Positions 27,301-41,225 are shown, numbered from the stretch's first letter. The stretch: 64,000 bases of DNA from Priapulus caudatus (GCF_000485595.1 NW_014577076.1:868727-932726); one strand, 5' to 3'. Translations and numbers: made by a program. The notes: generated from the letters alone by a model not told the origin.

Positions 27301-29002
27301 ATGTAAAGATTCCTGGCATCTCGAACTGTTGAGCTGCCCACGTACGGCATGTACGCATGTCACGTACGGCACGTATATATCGCAGGCTGGGGTTGACACA
27401 ATTCATATTTAATGTTCACATTAATTCGTATTGGACGCCGGGGTGGACACAATTCATATTTAATGTCCACATTAATTCGTATTGGACGCCGGGGTGGACA
27501 CAATTCATATTTAATGTCCACATTAATTTGTATTGGACGCCGGGGTGGACACAATTCATATTTAATGTCCACATTAATTCGTATTGGACGCCGGGGTGGA
27601 CACAATTTATATTTAATGTCCACACTAAATCAACCATTCGCAGCTAGGTTTTTAATGTGGATATTAAATTACAAAACATCGCTTCCGTCCTAAAATCCGT
27701 CTTAGCCAATGAGAGCCGTGGATTTTAGGACGGAAGCGATGGAATTCTTACTTCCGTCCAGAATTCCATCGCTTCTGTCCTAAAATCCACGGCTCTCATT
27801 AAACTTAGCTGCGATTGGTTGATTTATTGTGGACATTAAATACAGTTTTTGCACTCCCTATTTAATGTCCACATAAAATCGACCAATCACGGATAAGGAC
27901 TTTCGAACGGAAGTGAGAATTCCATCGCTTTCGTCCTAAAATCCACGGCTCTCATTGGCTAAGACGGATTTTAGGCCGGAAGCAAAATAAGAATTAATGT
28001 GGACATTAAATATGAATTGTGTCCACCCCGGCCTGCGATACACGTAACAGCATGTACGAATGGGTTGCACTTCTCATTTGAAAACCTCTTGATGAACAAT
28101 GCAGTCGTAACCTCTGAACTTGTCCTGTGTGTGCTGTGTTTTAGTTTTGGTTTCGGTTTCACAATAGCAACAGCTGATGAAGCGAGGGCAAGAAATAGTC
28201 ATCGATTTTTCTGGTTGTGGCAGCACTGTGCAGTGAGTGGTGACATTGTGTGAAGTTTGAGGAATTGACGGGTTTTTCACGGATTTTTCGGTGAGTTTGA
28301 CGGTTTGACAGGTTTTTTTCGTCTAGGAACACTCCCCGGGTATAAGAGATGGCCCTGTGAAAATTGCATCCAGATCGCTTGGGCGGTTTGGCCGCCTATA
28401 GGGAAGATACATACATACACACATACACACACATGACATACATACAGTTGAGCATACATTAACATACATACCAAACATAAACTACATACATACATCACAA
28501 TCTATCATAACATACATACATACATAACATACAATACATACATACATACATAACAATACATACATACAATACATACATACATCACTACATAACAACATAC
28601 CATACATACATAACATACCATACATACATACATCATACAATACAGACAATTACCACTACATACATACATACAATAACAATCAATAACATACATACATACA
28701 TACATACATACATTACATACATCATTACATAATACATTGACATACATACATACAGCATACATACTATAACATAACAATACATGACACTACATTACATAGC
28801 ATAAATACATACCGATACATAATACAATACATACAATACAACATAGCATTACATAAACATACAGTACATACATACTGACATACACTACATACATACAGTA
28901 CATAGCATAATACATCATACATAGCAATACCATACATACATACAGCATACATACAGTACATACATAACATACATAGACACATGACATACATACATACATA
29001 CA

Positions 29003-29038
<36 letters not shown>

Positions 29039-30800
29039 TATATACATACATACATACATACTCTCTCTATATATATACACACACACACACATATATATAT
29101 ACATACATACATACATACATACATACATACATACATACATACATAGCATACATTAGGCATAGTAGCACTCATAATTACTAGTGAGGCGGTTGAGCGATAT
29201 AGTAATGAATATATGTACTCTGATGAGCTTCGTATTGGTAGTGTATGTAATGAATGTACTGTGATGTATGTAATGATATGTAATGTATGGTATGTATGTA
29301 TGTATTGTATGTATGTATGAAATGTATTTATGTATGAATTATGTGATGTATAGTACTGTATGATGTATGTATGTATGTATGTATGTATAAATATGTATGT
29401 ATGTATGTCATGATGTATGTAATGTATGATATGTAGTATGTATGTATGTAATGGTATGTATGTATTGTCATGTATGTATGCTATGATGTATGTATTATGT
29501 AATGTAATGTATGTATGACGTATGTATGTATGATGTAGTATGGTATGTAATGTATGTATGTATGTCATTGTTATGTATGTAGTATGTATGTATGTGATGT
29601 ATATGGTATGTATTAGTATGTATGGTATGTATGTATGCTTACGTTATGTATCGTATGCAGGCCCGTCGGCCAGGGGGGGGGGTTCAAACACCCCCCCCCC
29701 CTAAAAAAAAGGAAGTAAGAATTCACCCTCAGGTCGCTCCATTTAGTGTGAAAAATTGGCAAAAATCTCCATCGTGCGGGAGGGTGAACAGTGAACACCG
29801 CCCGCTCGCACCACTCTCCCCCCGCATCCGTGCCGGCTTAGGCGTTCCCTTCGCCTGGTCGGCTTCACGCCCGAGCAGGGGCGTTTACAGGGGTGGTCCA
29901 TGGGTCCGGGCCCGCGCCCTTGCTCGCAGCAGAAAACGCAATGACTGACGGGGGGTGTAATTTTAAAAAATTTGGTGGGGGAGTCCCCAGACCCCCCGCC
30001 TTTTTGGGCGTGCTGCGCAACTTTGGTTACGCGGTTAGACCCGCCTGGAGTACAGATCGCTAGTACACGGCCCTGCGCGAGCAAATTGTCCAAACCATTG
30101 AACAAAACACGGACACGCCCCCCCAAAGTACAAAGCTGCTACGGGCCCTGTGTTGTATGTATGTATGTATGTATGTAATGTAGTATGTATGTATGTGTTG
30201 TGTGTGTGTGTGTGTGTGTGTTGTGTGTGTGTGTGTGTGTATGTGTGTGTGTGTATGTATGTATGTATGTATGTATGTTAATAAAAGGCTCGGCGTTCAG
30301 TTCTGAATCCAAATAGTCCGCAAAGTTAACAGAACGAGATGATTGAAATACACGGGACGGGTTATAAATTACTCGGTTGAAATAACGGTCAAAAAGGCTT
30401 AAAAAAAATAAAGATTTGCCTGAAAATAGGGGGCGCTATATCTTTGCCTTGCTAACGTCTGTGAACGTTCTGTTCTGTGTATCTGTGTTCTGTGTCTGTG
30501 TGTCTATGATTTTTGTAAGCCCAATAATGTAAGTAGAAATAAGCATGTAATAATGAAGTTAAATGTCAATGTCAAGGTCAATATCTTCTCTTATCTCTCA
30601 GGGTATTGAACAGTCGGTAAGGTCGGTCGGTAATAATGCACAGAATGGAAACATGCGAAGCACGTAATATTACGTGGTACGCAGCCAAGTGGTTAACGAG
30701 TGGCACGACCTACCAGCCCAATGAGATCTATCTATATTCTAACTTTGGAGTCCGTATCATCAACCAGTACATAGCATACAATAAAACATTTGTGTGTGTG

Positions 30801-30836
<36 letters not shown>

Positions 30837-33800
30837 TGTGTGTGTGTATTCTACTGTGTAACAAATGGTTAATGTGTTACGTGTAAGCATGATTGTACAC
30901 GTATTTCTATTGACATCTCAACCATACAAAAACAAACATGTGCAACAACTAAACTCTCCATATAACACCTTACACATAACACTACTGGTAACACATGCAT
31001 CACAGTCACTAAGCCTGCGCTTAGCGCGGGTTCCAGCTAGTATATATAATCATCGGTATGATAATAACACATATATTTCTTGCCATCGTTGGCTATGACA
31101 CGATTATTACATATTGAAACCTTGTATAGGCGGCAGGAAATCCTCCATTTTCGATGGTGATGCTGATGATGGAGTCTCCCTCTCCTCTGGGATGGGAGAC
31201 ACATTGATGACTGGTAACCCAGATGACCTTCTCACACCTCTCCGTGTTCCGCGCCGCATCCTTGCCTGCATGGACAGACGCCTCCACTGTGTTTATTCGT
31301 AACTCTCGATCTCACTTTTATCGCGGTCACCGTGATACAGCCTCGTAGCTTTAAGCCGTTCCGTATATGAAGAGTGAGTATATGAGCTACTTGTAGCCGT
31401 CGTGCATCATCCTAGTTGACGCGACTCGTGGCAGTGTCAACAACGTGCTGTTCGTATCTAAGCGCTCGCCCGTCGCACTCGGCATCTTTATCAAATATTT
31501 AGCTATGAGGATTAGGCGTGTGTATAAACCACTTGTCGCTTCCGCTCATAATTACTAAAAGAACGTCTGATTTGCCATTAAGTCTAGAGATGCTCTCGCA
31601 TTAACTAAGGTCACCCTGATGCAGAGCTCGTACACTGAGAGGCATTTAGAATCGATAATGGATCATTTTCGTCAAACGTCATAATACTCACGGCTATTAC
31701 CAAAACTATATGGATGTCACCTCAACTGTTTGTTAGACCGTGCTTGATATGATTGGGGGCGGGCACATTCTGCTGCTCACATTCTCATTACGACGTAAGT
31801 AATGCATTCCAGAATAAAATTACGGTTTTACCATTGGCTGTCATTATATAATTTGGCGACGCGTTCCTATACAAAAAACATCCCGCAAATATAAACTATG
31901 CTATGAAAGGACACTTATGAATGCAAGTAAACATGTTTAGACGAATATATTCATAATTGGTTAGGACAGGGATTCTGATGGTGTGTATATCGTGTGACGG
32001 GTGGGGGGAGGTATAAACTCACATCACGTGTATGATGCGAAAGGTTATTTAAAGCTAGTCCAATCATATTAAAAAGATATTAGGTTTATAATAGCAACTT
32101 AAGCGTTTTTAGTAATGACATATAATGTACAGATAAGTCATCCCTGCATCCCAGTGATTCTTTTCATAAGCTACTGCGACTAGCGCAGCGCTACAGATGA
32201 CGAGAGACTGCGATTTTTCACAGATTGGTATCCCACGAGTTGCTGCTATTTTCTTGGGACGAGCTTGCCCTCACGCCCCCTCCATCACGAGCCATCCTTA
32301 GCTGCCACATAGAGCTAGAGCTTACGGATTCATGTAATAACGGCACAGCGAGTCCGGCAAGAAAGCTAACACGGCTTTCCATGTCTATAAAACTAGAGGA
32401 AACTCGTAGTAGATTCACATCGCTTCTGCCCAAGCACCCAGTTAGTATGCCATGAGGTCACTGGACTCTCCGTGTCCCCCAATATATTTGCCTATATTGG
32501 TGCAACCGTTCTCCGTATGTGCGCTTTCGCAGGCGTGCGCGGCGTGTACATGCAGGCTAGGTGTACGTGTAGTGTATGCGCGTATGCACACGCGTGCGTA
32601 AACGTTTAAACAACATTTAGCGTACACGCATTTAGCTAAATTGGTTAGTCAGTTTTGTTCTGTCAATGTTTTTTCGTTTCGCGTCGGTTTGCGGTTCGTT
32701 GATCGCATTTGGTGTAAGATGCGTGCAGTAAGGTTTAAGACAAACTAGCTTTCAGTGTTACAGCTTAATTTCTTGAAGGGAACAGCGAGCCAGCCAGCGA
32801 GTCGGCTATTATATGGCGCGGTTGTAACGCGTGCTATCAGCAAGCTCGCTCGTCAGGCGTTGTTGAAGTGTGCTGGCCGTCCGATACTTCAGTGATAAAT
32901 CTCAGCGTTATGTACTAATAAAAGCAATTGAACATAAAATGAAACTGGTTTGTCGAAATTGTACTTAATATTTTTTACAAGATCTTAATAATGTTTCTTG
33001 TTTCAAAGCAATCGCAGAAAACGCGACTGAATATTTTGTCTTATATGTATAAATCGCTTAATATTATCGATCGTTAAATACATCTAGATCGTTACCCAAC
33101 GTATTGCTGAATTCCCTTTCTGCCGGGGTGGGTGAACCTCACTGGAAGGAGGATGTAGCCTCCTGCCCTTTTCGGGTTACAGGCTCTGTCCTGGAGGCGT
33201 AAGAGGTATCGTAAGTTGATGGCCGTTCAAGGCAAATCTCCGCCTGTGTCTTTCTCTGTGGGCCTCAGGAATATTGGACGCGGTGAGGGTGGGGGGGGCC
33301 CCCGATAGCAAAATCACGNNNNNNNNNNNNNNNNNNNNNNNNNNNNNNNNNNNNNNNNNNNNNNNNNNNNNNNNNNNNNNNNNNNNNNNNNNNNNNNNNN
33401 NNNNNNNNNNNNNNNNNNNNNNNNNNNNNNNNNNNNNNNNNNNNNNNNNNNNNNNNNNNNNNNNNNNNNNNNNNNNNNNNNNNNNNNNNNNNNNNNNNNN
33501 NNNNNNNNNNNNNNNNNNNNNNNNNNNNNNNNNNNNNNNNNNNNNNNNNNNNNNNNNNNNNNNNNNNNNNNNNNNNNNNNNNNNNNNNNNNNNNNNNNNN
33601 NNNNNNNNNNNNNNNNNNNNNNNNNNNNNNNNNNNNNNNNNNNNNNNNNNNNNNNNNNNNNNNNNNNNNNNNNNNNNNNNNNNNNNNNNNNNNNNNNNNN
33701 NNNNNNNNNNNNNNNNNNNNNNNNNNNNNNNNNNNNNNNNNNNNNNNNNNNNNNNNNNNNNNNNNNNNNNNNNNNNNNNNNNNNNNNNNNNNNNNNNNNN

Positions 33801-34084
33801 NNNNNNNNNNNNNNNNNNNNNNNNNNNNNNNNNNNNNNNNNNNNNNNNNNNNNNNNNNNNNNNNNNNNNNNNNNNNNNNNNNNNNNNNNNNNNNNNNNNN
33901 NNNNNNNNNNNNNNNNNNNNNNNNNNNNNNNNNNNNNNNNNNNNNNNNNNNNNNNNNNNNNNNNNNNNNNNNNNNNNNNNNNNNNNNNNNNNNNNNNNNN
34001 NNNNNNNNNNNNNNNNNNNNNNNNNNNNNNNNNNNNNNNNNNNNNNNNNNNNNNNNNNNNNNNNNNNNNNNNNNNNNNNNNNNN

Positions 34085-34128
<44 letters not shown>

Positions 34129-35557
34129 TTCTCCCTCCCTCCCTCTCCCTTGCGGCTTCGCTCGCTCTCCTACCCAGCTCCTCTCTTTCTCCCCAGCAGT
34201 CTCTCCATCTCTGCCCAGCGATGAGTGAAGATCACGAGCGTCTATATTTATACACACGATGTGTTCATCGACGCTTCGTCGAGACGACCAAGATAGCAGA
34301 CGCACGCGACTAAAATATCCGAGCAACGGCGCGGCGCGGTAGTGTGATGGCAAGTGCATGACGAACTTCATTGATACCGCGCGCGTACGAATGGTGACTC
34401 AGCACCACTTGCTCGTGCTTACGCGCCGGCCTAACATATTACCAGAAGTAGATTCCCTATTATCTACTTCTGTTATTACCCAATTACATTGAGAATATAA
34501 GCCGATTACCGTGTGCACGTCACCACCCACTCATCCGCGCTCACGCATAGCACGCACGTATGCACGCGCACACGTGCACGCGCGCCCACACATATACGCA
34601 TTAAAGAATGTCATAGATTAGAATTAATACTACTATAACGAATCACATCCACAGAGACATCACCAAGCAATGGCATTATCTAGCGTCTAGAAACCTCTGT
34701 TATGCAACCAACATCAGATCAAGTAACCACATTTCTGAAAACAAATGAGGTCTACTGTGCCCACGAGCACATATACCTATTACGTTAACTTGTAGTGTGC
34801 TTGGTTTCAATGTTATAATGAAGCTATATAGGCTACTGCTGGCGGGCTCGTAAGAATTTCCCCTAAGTTAAAAATAGCAGCCGTTATTTGATGAATTTGT
34901 GAAGTGCACTTATACCCGTATAATGCACTGCCTCATTCAAATACCATGCATTTTTTGTCCATGCTTGCCTCCGAGCGTTATAAAGATCATGAGAGCGTAC
35001 TACAGAGTAAATGAATATTCGGCTTGTATTGCAGCACTAAGTAACGCGCTAATGAAGAAATAATGAATGAGAGCTGTGTTATATCAAGAGTACATAATGG
35101 GAGAGTACATAATCTCCCATTATGTACTCTTGGTTATATGTACCGTTCAATGTTTATGAAAGCCATGTTTTTCTCGCAAGTGAGATGATGGTTGAACCTA
35201 GCGCGCGACAGAACCGAGAGAGGGCGCGACCATCGCGTATGCTTGCGGGGATTAGTGACGTGTAAACACGTGACGTGCGGCAAGCGAATACCCGGTAAGC
35301 TCTCTCTCTCTCTCTGTCCGGCTTCGCAAGCGATGTAGGGCACTGCATGTCACTTCCTGTCAGAAGCCAGACGTTAGGCGTGATCGAGTCAACGTTTGTG
35401 CGGCCGTCCCAGCACGACACTTACCCCCTACAGCGCTCACTTCTAACGTTGAATGTTTCTGCTCAGAAACAACTGATAGTTTAAATCCACCCGTTGAAAG
35501 GATATGATGTTGTTTTGACATCGATTTCAATGGTTCCCTAACATTAAAATCCGACAT
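13897..35557 (-). CDS. Uncharacterised 12-exon protein (~473 aa) with C-terminal degenerate EF-hand-like region
   Basis: Hand-assembled GT-AG exons with matching phases: 35557-35425, 32384-32326, 31286-31121, 26705-26498, 23078-22859, 21786-21711, 20972-20920, 20676-20584, 20058-19973, 15194-15128, 14462-14343, 14037-13897. They join into a 1422-nt open frame ending ...[54 protein letters not shown]. The 3' exons are better supported than the 5' exons. Confidence 0.75.
14086..14200. repeat. 16-bp minisatellite (cgtgtgagcgttcgta), about 7 copies
   Basis: Directly visible tandem array in the last intron of the EF-hand-like gene. Confidence 0.9.
15524..16710. mobile_element. Foldback/Mutator-like element with ~150-190-bp internally repetitive TIRs
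   Basis: Left arm tatggaaggccattacc..aaaacctacctatttaatcgcg..; right arm ..taggtaggttttggcggtaatggccttccata. Flanks agtgagaggg / atagagaggg are a degenerate ~10-bp TSD. Confidence 0.75.
17283..17355 (+). other. tRNA-derived SINE-head-like fragment captured in the Helitron (not a functional tRNA)
   Basis: A-box-like TGGCGCAGTGG and B-box GGTTCGATTCC at tRNA-like spacing; no full cloverleaf. Confidence 0.55.
17533..18250. repeat. (GGGAT/GGCAT)n pentamer satellite in two duplicated blocks inside the Helitron
   Basis: Visible pentamer arrays. The AT-rich lead-in at ~17460-17530 is repeated at ~17790-17860. Confidence 0.9.
23441..25460. mobile_element. Academ-like non-autonomous DNA transposon with long (~500-680 bp) TIRs, spanning a gap
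   Basis: TAGTACAG...CTGTACTA termini with TTT on both sides. The arms (23460-24120 vs 25000-25430) are reverse complements and carry repeated aatggccgcc/gccatcttgaa motifs. Confidence 0.75.
26983..28420 (-). mobile_element. Non-autonomous Helitron with Rep/Hel helicase C-terminal remnant; 5' boundary approximate
   Basis: The 3' end (CTAG plus hairpin) appears on the plus strand as ACTAGCTGCGGGTACCCGCTGCGCTGGGTA. Minus 27345-27250 reads [22 protein letters not shown]/fs/NIVYQEVFK*, resembling the Helitron PIF1 helicase end (LYVA.SRV....L.......T.NIVY.EV). The element runs into (CATA)n. Confidence 0.75.
27388..27625. repeat. 51-bp minisatellite, about 4.5 copies, within the Helitron
   Basis: Unit ggggtggacacaattcatatttaatgtccacattaattcgtattggacgcc. 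Confidence 0.9.
28408..29650. repeat. Degenerate (CATA)n tract followed by an inverted (TATG)n tract
   Basis: CATA-type repeats to ~29150, a ~90-bp spacer, then TATG-type repeats. Confidence 0.85.
29658..30150. mobile_element. CAGGCCCGT-family hAT-like MITE inserted in a (TATG)n microsatellite
   Basis: Ends CAGGCCCGTCGGCCAG / GCTACGGGCCCTG, related to the TIRs of 11053-12090. Confidence 0.7.
34443..34472. mobile_element. 30-bp CA..TG hairpin relic with ~7-bp TSD (P-like)
   Basis: TIR cagaagtagat / atctacttctg; flanks atattac / ttattac. Confidence 0.55.
35085..35132. mobile_element. 48-bp CA..TG hairpin MITE with 7-bp TSD (P-like)
   Basis: 20-bp perfect TIR caagagtacataatgggaga; GTTATAT duplicated at 35078-35084 and 35133-35139. 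Confidence 0.8.
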
Positions 35558-35610
35558 AAATCATAGTTATGATCGCATTTCGTGACTAGGTATTGCAGAC
35601 CAGCAGCCGC

Positions 35611-35716
<106 letters not shown>

Positions 35717-36362
35717 NNNNNNNNNNNNNNNNNNNNNNNNNNNNNNNNNNNNNNNNNNNNNNNNNNNNNNNNNNNNNNNNNNNNNNNNNNNNNNNNNNNN
35801 NNNNNNNNNNNNNNNNNNNNNNNNNNNNNNNNNNNNNNNNNNNNNNNNNNNNNNNNNNNNNNNNNNNNNNNNNNNNNNNNNNNNNNNNNNNNNNNNNNNN
35901 NNNNNNNNNNNNNNNNNNNNNNNNNNNNNNNNNNNNNNNNNNNNNNNNNNNNNNNNNNNNNNNNNNNNNNNNNNNNNNNNNNNNNNNNNNNNNNNNNNNN
36001 NNNNNNNNNNNNNNNNNNNNNNNNNNNNNNNNNNNNNNNNNNNNNNNNNNNNNNNNNNNNNNNNNNNNNNNNNNNNNNNNNNNNNNNNNNNNNNNNNNNN
36101 NNNNNNNNNNNNNNNNNNNNNNNNNNNNNNNNNNNNNNNNNNNNNNNNNNNNNNNNNNNNNNNNNNNNNNNNNNNNNNNNNNNNNNNNNNNNNNNNNNNN
36201 NNNNNNNNNNNNNNNNNNNNNNNNNNNNNNNNNNNNNNNNNNNNNNNNNNNNNNNNNNNNNNNNNNNNNNNNNNNNNNNNNNNNNNNNNNNNNNNNNNNN
36301 NNNNNNNNNNNNNNNNNNNNNNNNNNNNNNNNNNNNNNNNNNNNNNNNNNNNNNNNNNNNNN

Positions 36363-36468
<106 letters not shown>

Positions 36469-36704
36469 ACACGCGCGCGCGCGTATATATACATAATGTG
36501 GACATAATCATGGACCTGCACATTATGTGGACCTGCACGTCAAAGTAACAGCTGTTAGTATCTATTTATTACGAATTAATGCTCTCGGGAATGCACTACT
36601 AAGGTGTTGTAGTCCATTAGCGGATTGAACTGTCTTTGTAGCCCCGCAAAGCGTGGGTGCGCGCGCTTATGCTGCGACGATTTTGTCGTTTCCATAATAT
36701 TATG

Positions 36705-36832
36705 TTATAAGTTATGATATAATGTTATTATGATATAATGTTATTGTGATATAATGTTATTATGATATTATGATGTTATTATGATATTATGATGTTATTA
36801 TGATATAATGAAGTTATTATGATATATTGTTA
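36705..36832. repeat. AT-rich ~16-19-bp minisatellite (atgttattatgatata)
   Basis: Visible tandem copies. Confidence 0.75.
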
Positions 36833-37254
36833 TGAGCATGTAACATTTTAAATAAAAATTATTAGAATGTTTTATACTGATTTACCGTTATATAATGATT
36901 AATGAATAATGGATCTGGCGTAAGAGGATAGGTTTGAGGTTGTGTCACTGACAATGCTAATTTTAACTAAAGTATATTCTGAAGTCTAAAATATATAGAA
37001 AACAAACAGATGGCAGACGAGGAATTCTTTGTTTCTAATTAATCTTTTATACTAATTAGAAAGATTAATTATCTTCACTAAGTCCAATTGTTGGCAATAT
37101 TATAGGCTAGTTTACTAAAGAATGTAATGTGGTTATACTGTCAGGCCAGCACATCAATATCGGTACGAAGGTTTACAGCCTTCAACAACATGGCGTTCGA
37201 CATGCTTCTTAGACATCCGTGAATAGATTATTTAACATAATATAGTAAGTATCA

Positions 37255-37545
37255 ACATCAATGGTTTCATGTGACAACGTTGACGTTTTCATATAGTAAC
37301 ATTGATGTTTTTGTGCAGCAACATAGATGTTTTTGTGTAGCAACATTGATGTTTTCATGTAGCGTCATTTATGTTTTTATTTGACAACATTGACGTTTTC
37401 ATTTGACAACATTAACTTATTTTATGCGATATAACTGACGCCTTTAACTGATCACATTGATGTTTTCATGTAGCAACATTGAGGTTTTCATGTACAAACA
37501 TTGATATTTTCACGTGACAACATTGTGTTGTTTTTATATGCAACA
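37255..37545. repeat. Degenerate ~22-bp minisatellite (caacattgatgttttcatgtag)
   Basis: About a dozen diverged tandem copies are visible. Confidence 0.75.
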
Positions 37546-38024
37546 CTAATCGCAAAGAAAAGGCATAAGACCGCTTTTACACGTGGCGTTGGCAACATCA
37601 ATGTTGTCGCGTCGCGACATCACGCACGTGACAATAAAAGATAGCATCGGTGGGACACAGCTGCGGCGTTCGGCTGCAACGAAATACCCTCGAACGGCAT
37701 TCTCTCCCCCGAGTTGTTTCCGTTTAATTACGCCGAGAATCTAGAACACCTGACATGTTGACAGGCTGCTGCGGCTGATTATCAGCAGTCTCCGCATGAG
37801 AACGTGCGGATCGTGCAGCAATGTCCGCTGGTGATGTCGATAAGTGTGTGCGTACCGAAACATTATGATTAGACACACGACCTTTCTAGTTTGTCGTCCG
37901 TTTATAACACTATCTTTACATAAAAGTCTGGTAACATGTTTTTCTAAAAAAAAAACTGGCGATTTTAACTATTTTAAAATACGTGCATTCTTTTGACCAA
38001 TTCTTAATGATGGCCTGTACATCA

Positions 38025-38607
38025 TGTACAGGAACCCCAAAAACCTTTAGATAGCAACACGACAACGCGAGTGCTAATATTGTATGCAGCAAGCGGTGGT
38101 AACCGGACGCGACGCTAAGCACGTCACACCTAGAGCATCTACATGTATAGGAGTGGTTGACGAACGCGCAAACGACAATAGACGGGCATAATAACCCGCA
38201 TCCGCATGGTGCTAGGGATAGGTCGCACCTGCGAACGGGCATCGCTTGCTTCCCAGCAAGGGTCTGGTTTTAGACAGACGAGTTTCTAGAGCCGGTTTTG
38301 AGCCCATATATACAAGCAGCATTTGACAAGCAAGAAGCAGACAAGATATAAGATTTAGAGAGACTATGTAGTCAGTCAGAGAGCCTAGGCATGGTTGCCT
38401 ATAGGCTGTATTATGTATATATATATTTGTATGTGTAGTTAATAATAAAAGTCTATGTGAAACTACTAATCCGTGACTACGTCTACGTCTACTGTGGTTA
38501 TATCTGCTCTCTACGCTGCTGCTGTTAAACCTCTCTCTACTGGTTATCTACGGGACAACGCTGCCACTTCTACGCTGTCGACGCTACGAGAACCCGAAGT
38601 CTTCACA
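38025..38607 (+). mobile_element. Possible solo LTR
   Basis: TGT...ACA-bounded segment with TATA-like catatatac (~38306) and AATAAA (~38444) in LTR order. No convincing TSD found. Confidence 0.3.
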
Positions 38608-39404
38608 CCATTCGCAGTACAATAATACTTGTTGTACTCTTATTTAGCCTATTCTGGGGGGAATAGCTCGCTGGATGATGCCCGTTGCACGGTCCTTAAA
38701 ATCAATCTAGAATCGACAGCGGTGTGAGGTGACGAATGTTTATTATGTACAGTATANNNNNNNNNNACCTTTCGCAGTACAACACTAACACTAAATTTCC
38801 TCTCCATTCAGCTTTTGAAGCAACAAAGGCTCGTCATTGAGCGATGCGATGGGTGTATCGAATAGCTATAGATGTGTATGTATTCTCGTACGTCATTAAC
38901 GAAAATAACGGAAATTAATAATACCATGGCAACAAGCTAGCTCTAGGCTGGGATCGTATCACGTTTCTTACATATGGGCTATATTTGCCTATCATTATGT
39001 TTTTCGCGCAACATATTGACACAGCAGTCAATATGAAACGTGGGTAAAGTATTTTCGTGACGTCGGGGGACGTCATAGACGAGAATAGGGCGTTGTTGCG
39101 CTGATTAATGATATTTGTGATTTAAACACCATTTAAATTACGATCAGAAACACTGACGCATGAGGATATAAGCGTCACCAAATCGTTCTATTGCAATTTA
39201 CACGGTATCCTCATAAGATCGCTTCACAGCCAATCTCAGAAGCAAGGTTGGTTTTCCCGAATGTAATTTAATGTACGAATGTAACCGCTATAATACATAG
39301 GTGCGATAAATTTGTATATTCAAGTATATAATCGGTATATCACTAAATAATCGACGTAACGCATCCCGCGTTCACATATACTATTGTCGGAGAAATATAT
39401 ACTT

Positions 39405-39495
<91 letters not shown>

Positions 39496-39519
39496 TTCAT
39501 TCATTCATTTATATTCCTA

Positions 39520-40438
39520 GGGGCCGTTGTCAGAAAAATCGTAAAGTTAATGCTAATGCTAATGCTAATGCTAAGATAGCACTTACGACTAATGTTAATG
39601 TTACGAGAATAGCGTTAACAGAAACGTATCGCAGCTATGGGAAAATTTGCAATAACAGGAACTTCATAATTTGATGTCACAAGGCTGCTGATTGGATGAG
39701 AATCGATCACAAAATTCAAATTCATACACATTTATTGTACATTATGTGTATTTATTGTACACAATTTATACATATTATAATGGTCAACGACATATTAATA
39801 ATATTTGATGAAAAGGCGACACAGTCATGAATATATTCTCATAATACTGCACTGCAAGCAAGACAGTCATGAGTAACACAAGAATCGAGCGTCATGGCCA
39901 TAGAACTAGAAATCAAACTTTTATTTCTAGTTATATGGTCATGGCTCATCAAAGCATTCAAAACACGGGAACAAACACCATTTTTAAAAGTTTGAAATGT
40001 TACCAAGCCATAATTAATGTTTTTGACGTGTTTTTCAAGAAGACACACATTTTACTCATTAATATAAAATATAATATCACTATAATTGTAATTCTTAGTG
40101 TAAATGTGTTATTTTCATCTTAATATTAAAGTTACGAGAGGGTCTGGGCTCTCGTAATGTTAGGAGGAAATTTCCGAGGATTTTTCGTTCTCGTAACCTT
40201 ACGATGTTTCCGTCAACGGTTTACGAGTAGAAGTTAATAGTAAGACTAATGTTAAGACTAATTTTGTTTGTGACAACGGACCCCTGGGCTCTCGTAATGT
40301 TAGGAGGAAATTTCAGATGATTTTTCGTTCACGTAACTTTACGATGTTTCTGTCAACGGTTTACGAGTCGAAGCCAAGGTTAACTTGACTTAGTCAAGAC
40401 TAACGTTAAGCCCAATTTTGTTTCTAACAACGGGCACC
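39520..40438. mobile_element. PIF/Harbinger-like non-autonomous element with duplicated right end
   Basis: Left GGGGCCGTTGTCAGAAA. Right ends TGACAACGGACCCC (40284) and again TCTAACAACGGGCACC (~40438). 40146-40285 is tandemly duplicated at 40286-40438. Confidence 0.65.
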
Positions 40439-41036
40439 TGGTATGCATCTTGGGTGAGCCATTTCGTTTTGCTTGGAAGCGAGGAAGAGGGAAGGACCTC
40501 TCCATTCGTTTTCTTTAGATAGGTTTCCACGATTTCATATCGTTCACAATATCAAACGGATTGCATGCCCCCTACAATAAATATAGGTAATGGTTACGCT
40601 ACTCGCAGGGGGCAATGACGCATGTGGGCGATAAGGTATCACGTAAGAAAGTGATCGAACACAGTCGTTTACCATGCGTAATAGCACACGGAAGCACACG
40701 GCGACGTGGGGTATCGCTCCTAGAGCAGCTGATCAAACAACATACCTATCGACTAATGTGAATCGCCAATGATAGCCCTATAGATCTATAATGGATGTGT
40801 CACAGCTGCTGGACTTCAGCGTTGGCGATATTAAACCTAGCAGCGGTGACACGGAAGTCGAGTGCAATTTCACAGCAACATAAGCGGAACAACGTTAGCA
40901 CGATTCCCTATCAATGCCTCTTTTCCCAGCCGCTCTCATAAAGCACCACAGAAGAAATGTGTCTGCTGTATGCGCCATATAAAATTATTATTTCTATCTT
41001 GCGTGCGCGTACGTGTGTGCGCGCACGTGTGTGTGT

Positions 41037-41225
<189 letters not shown>

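Noticed and set aside
27388..27625. CRISPR-like array
   Set aside because: It is a head-to-tail 51-bp tandem repeat without unique spacers, in a eukaryotic Helitron; no cas genes.
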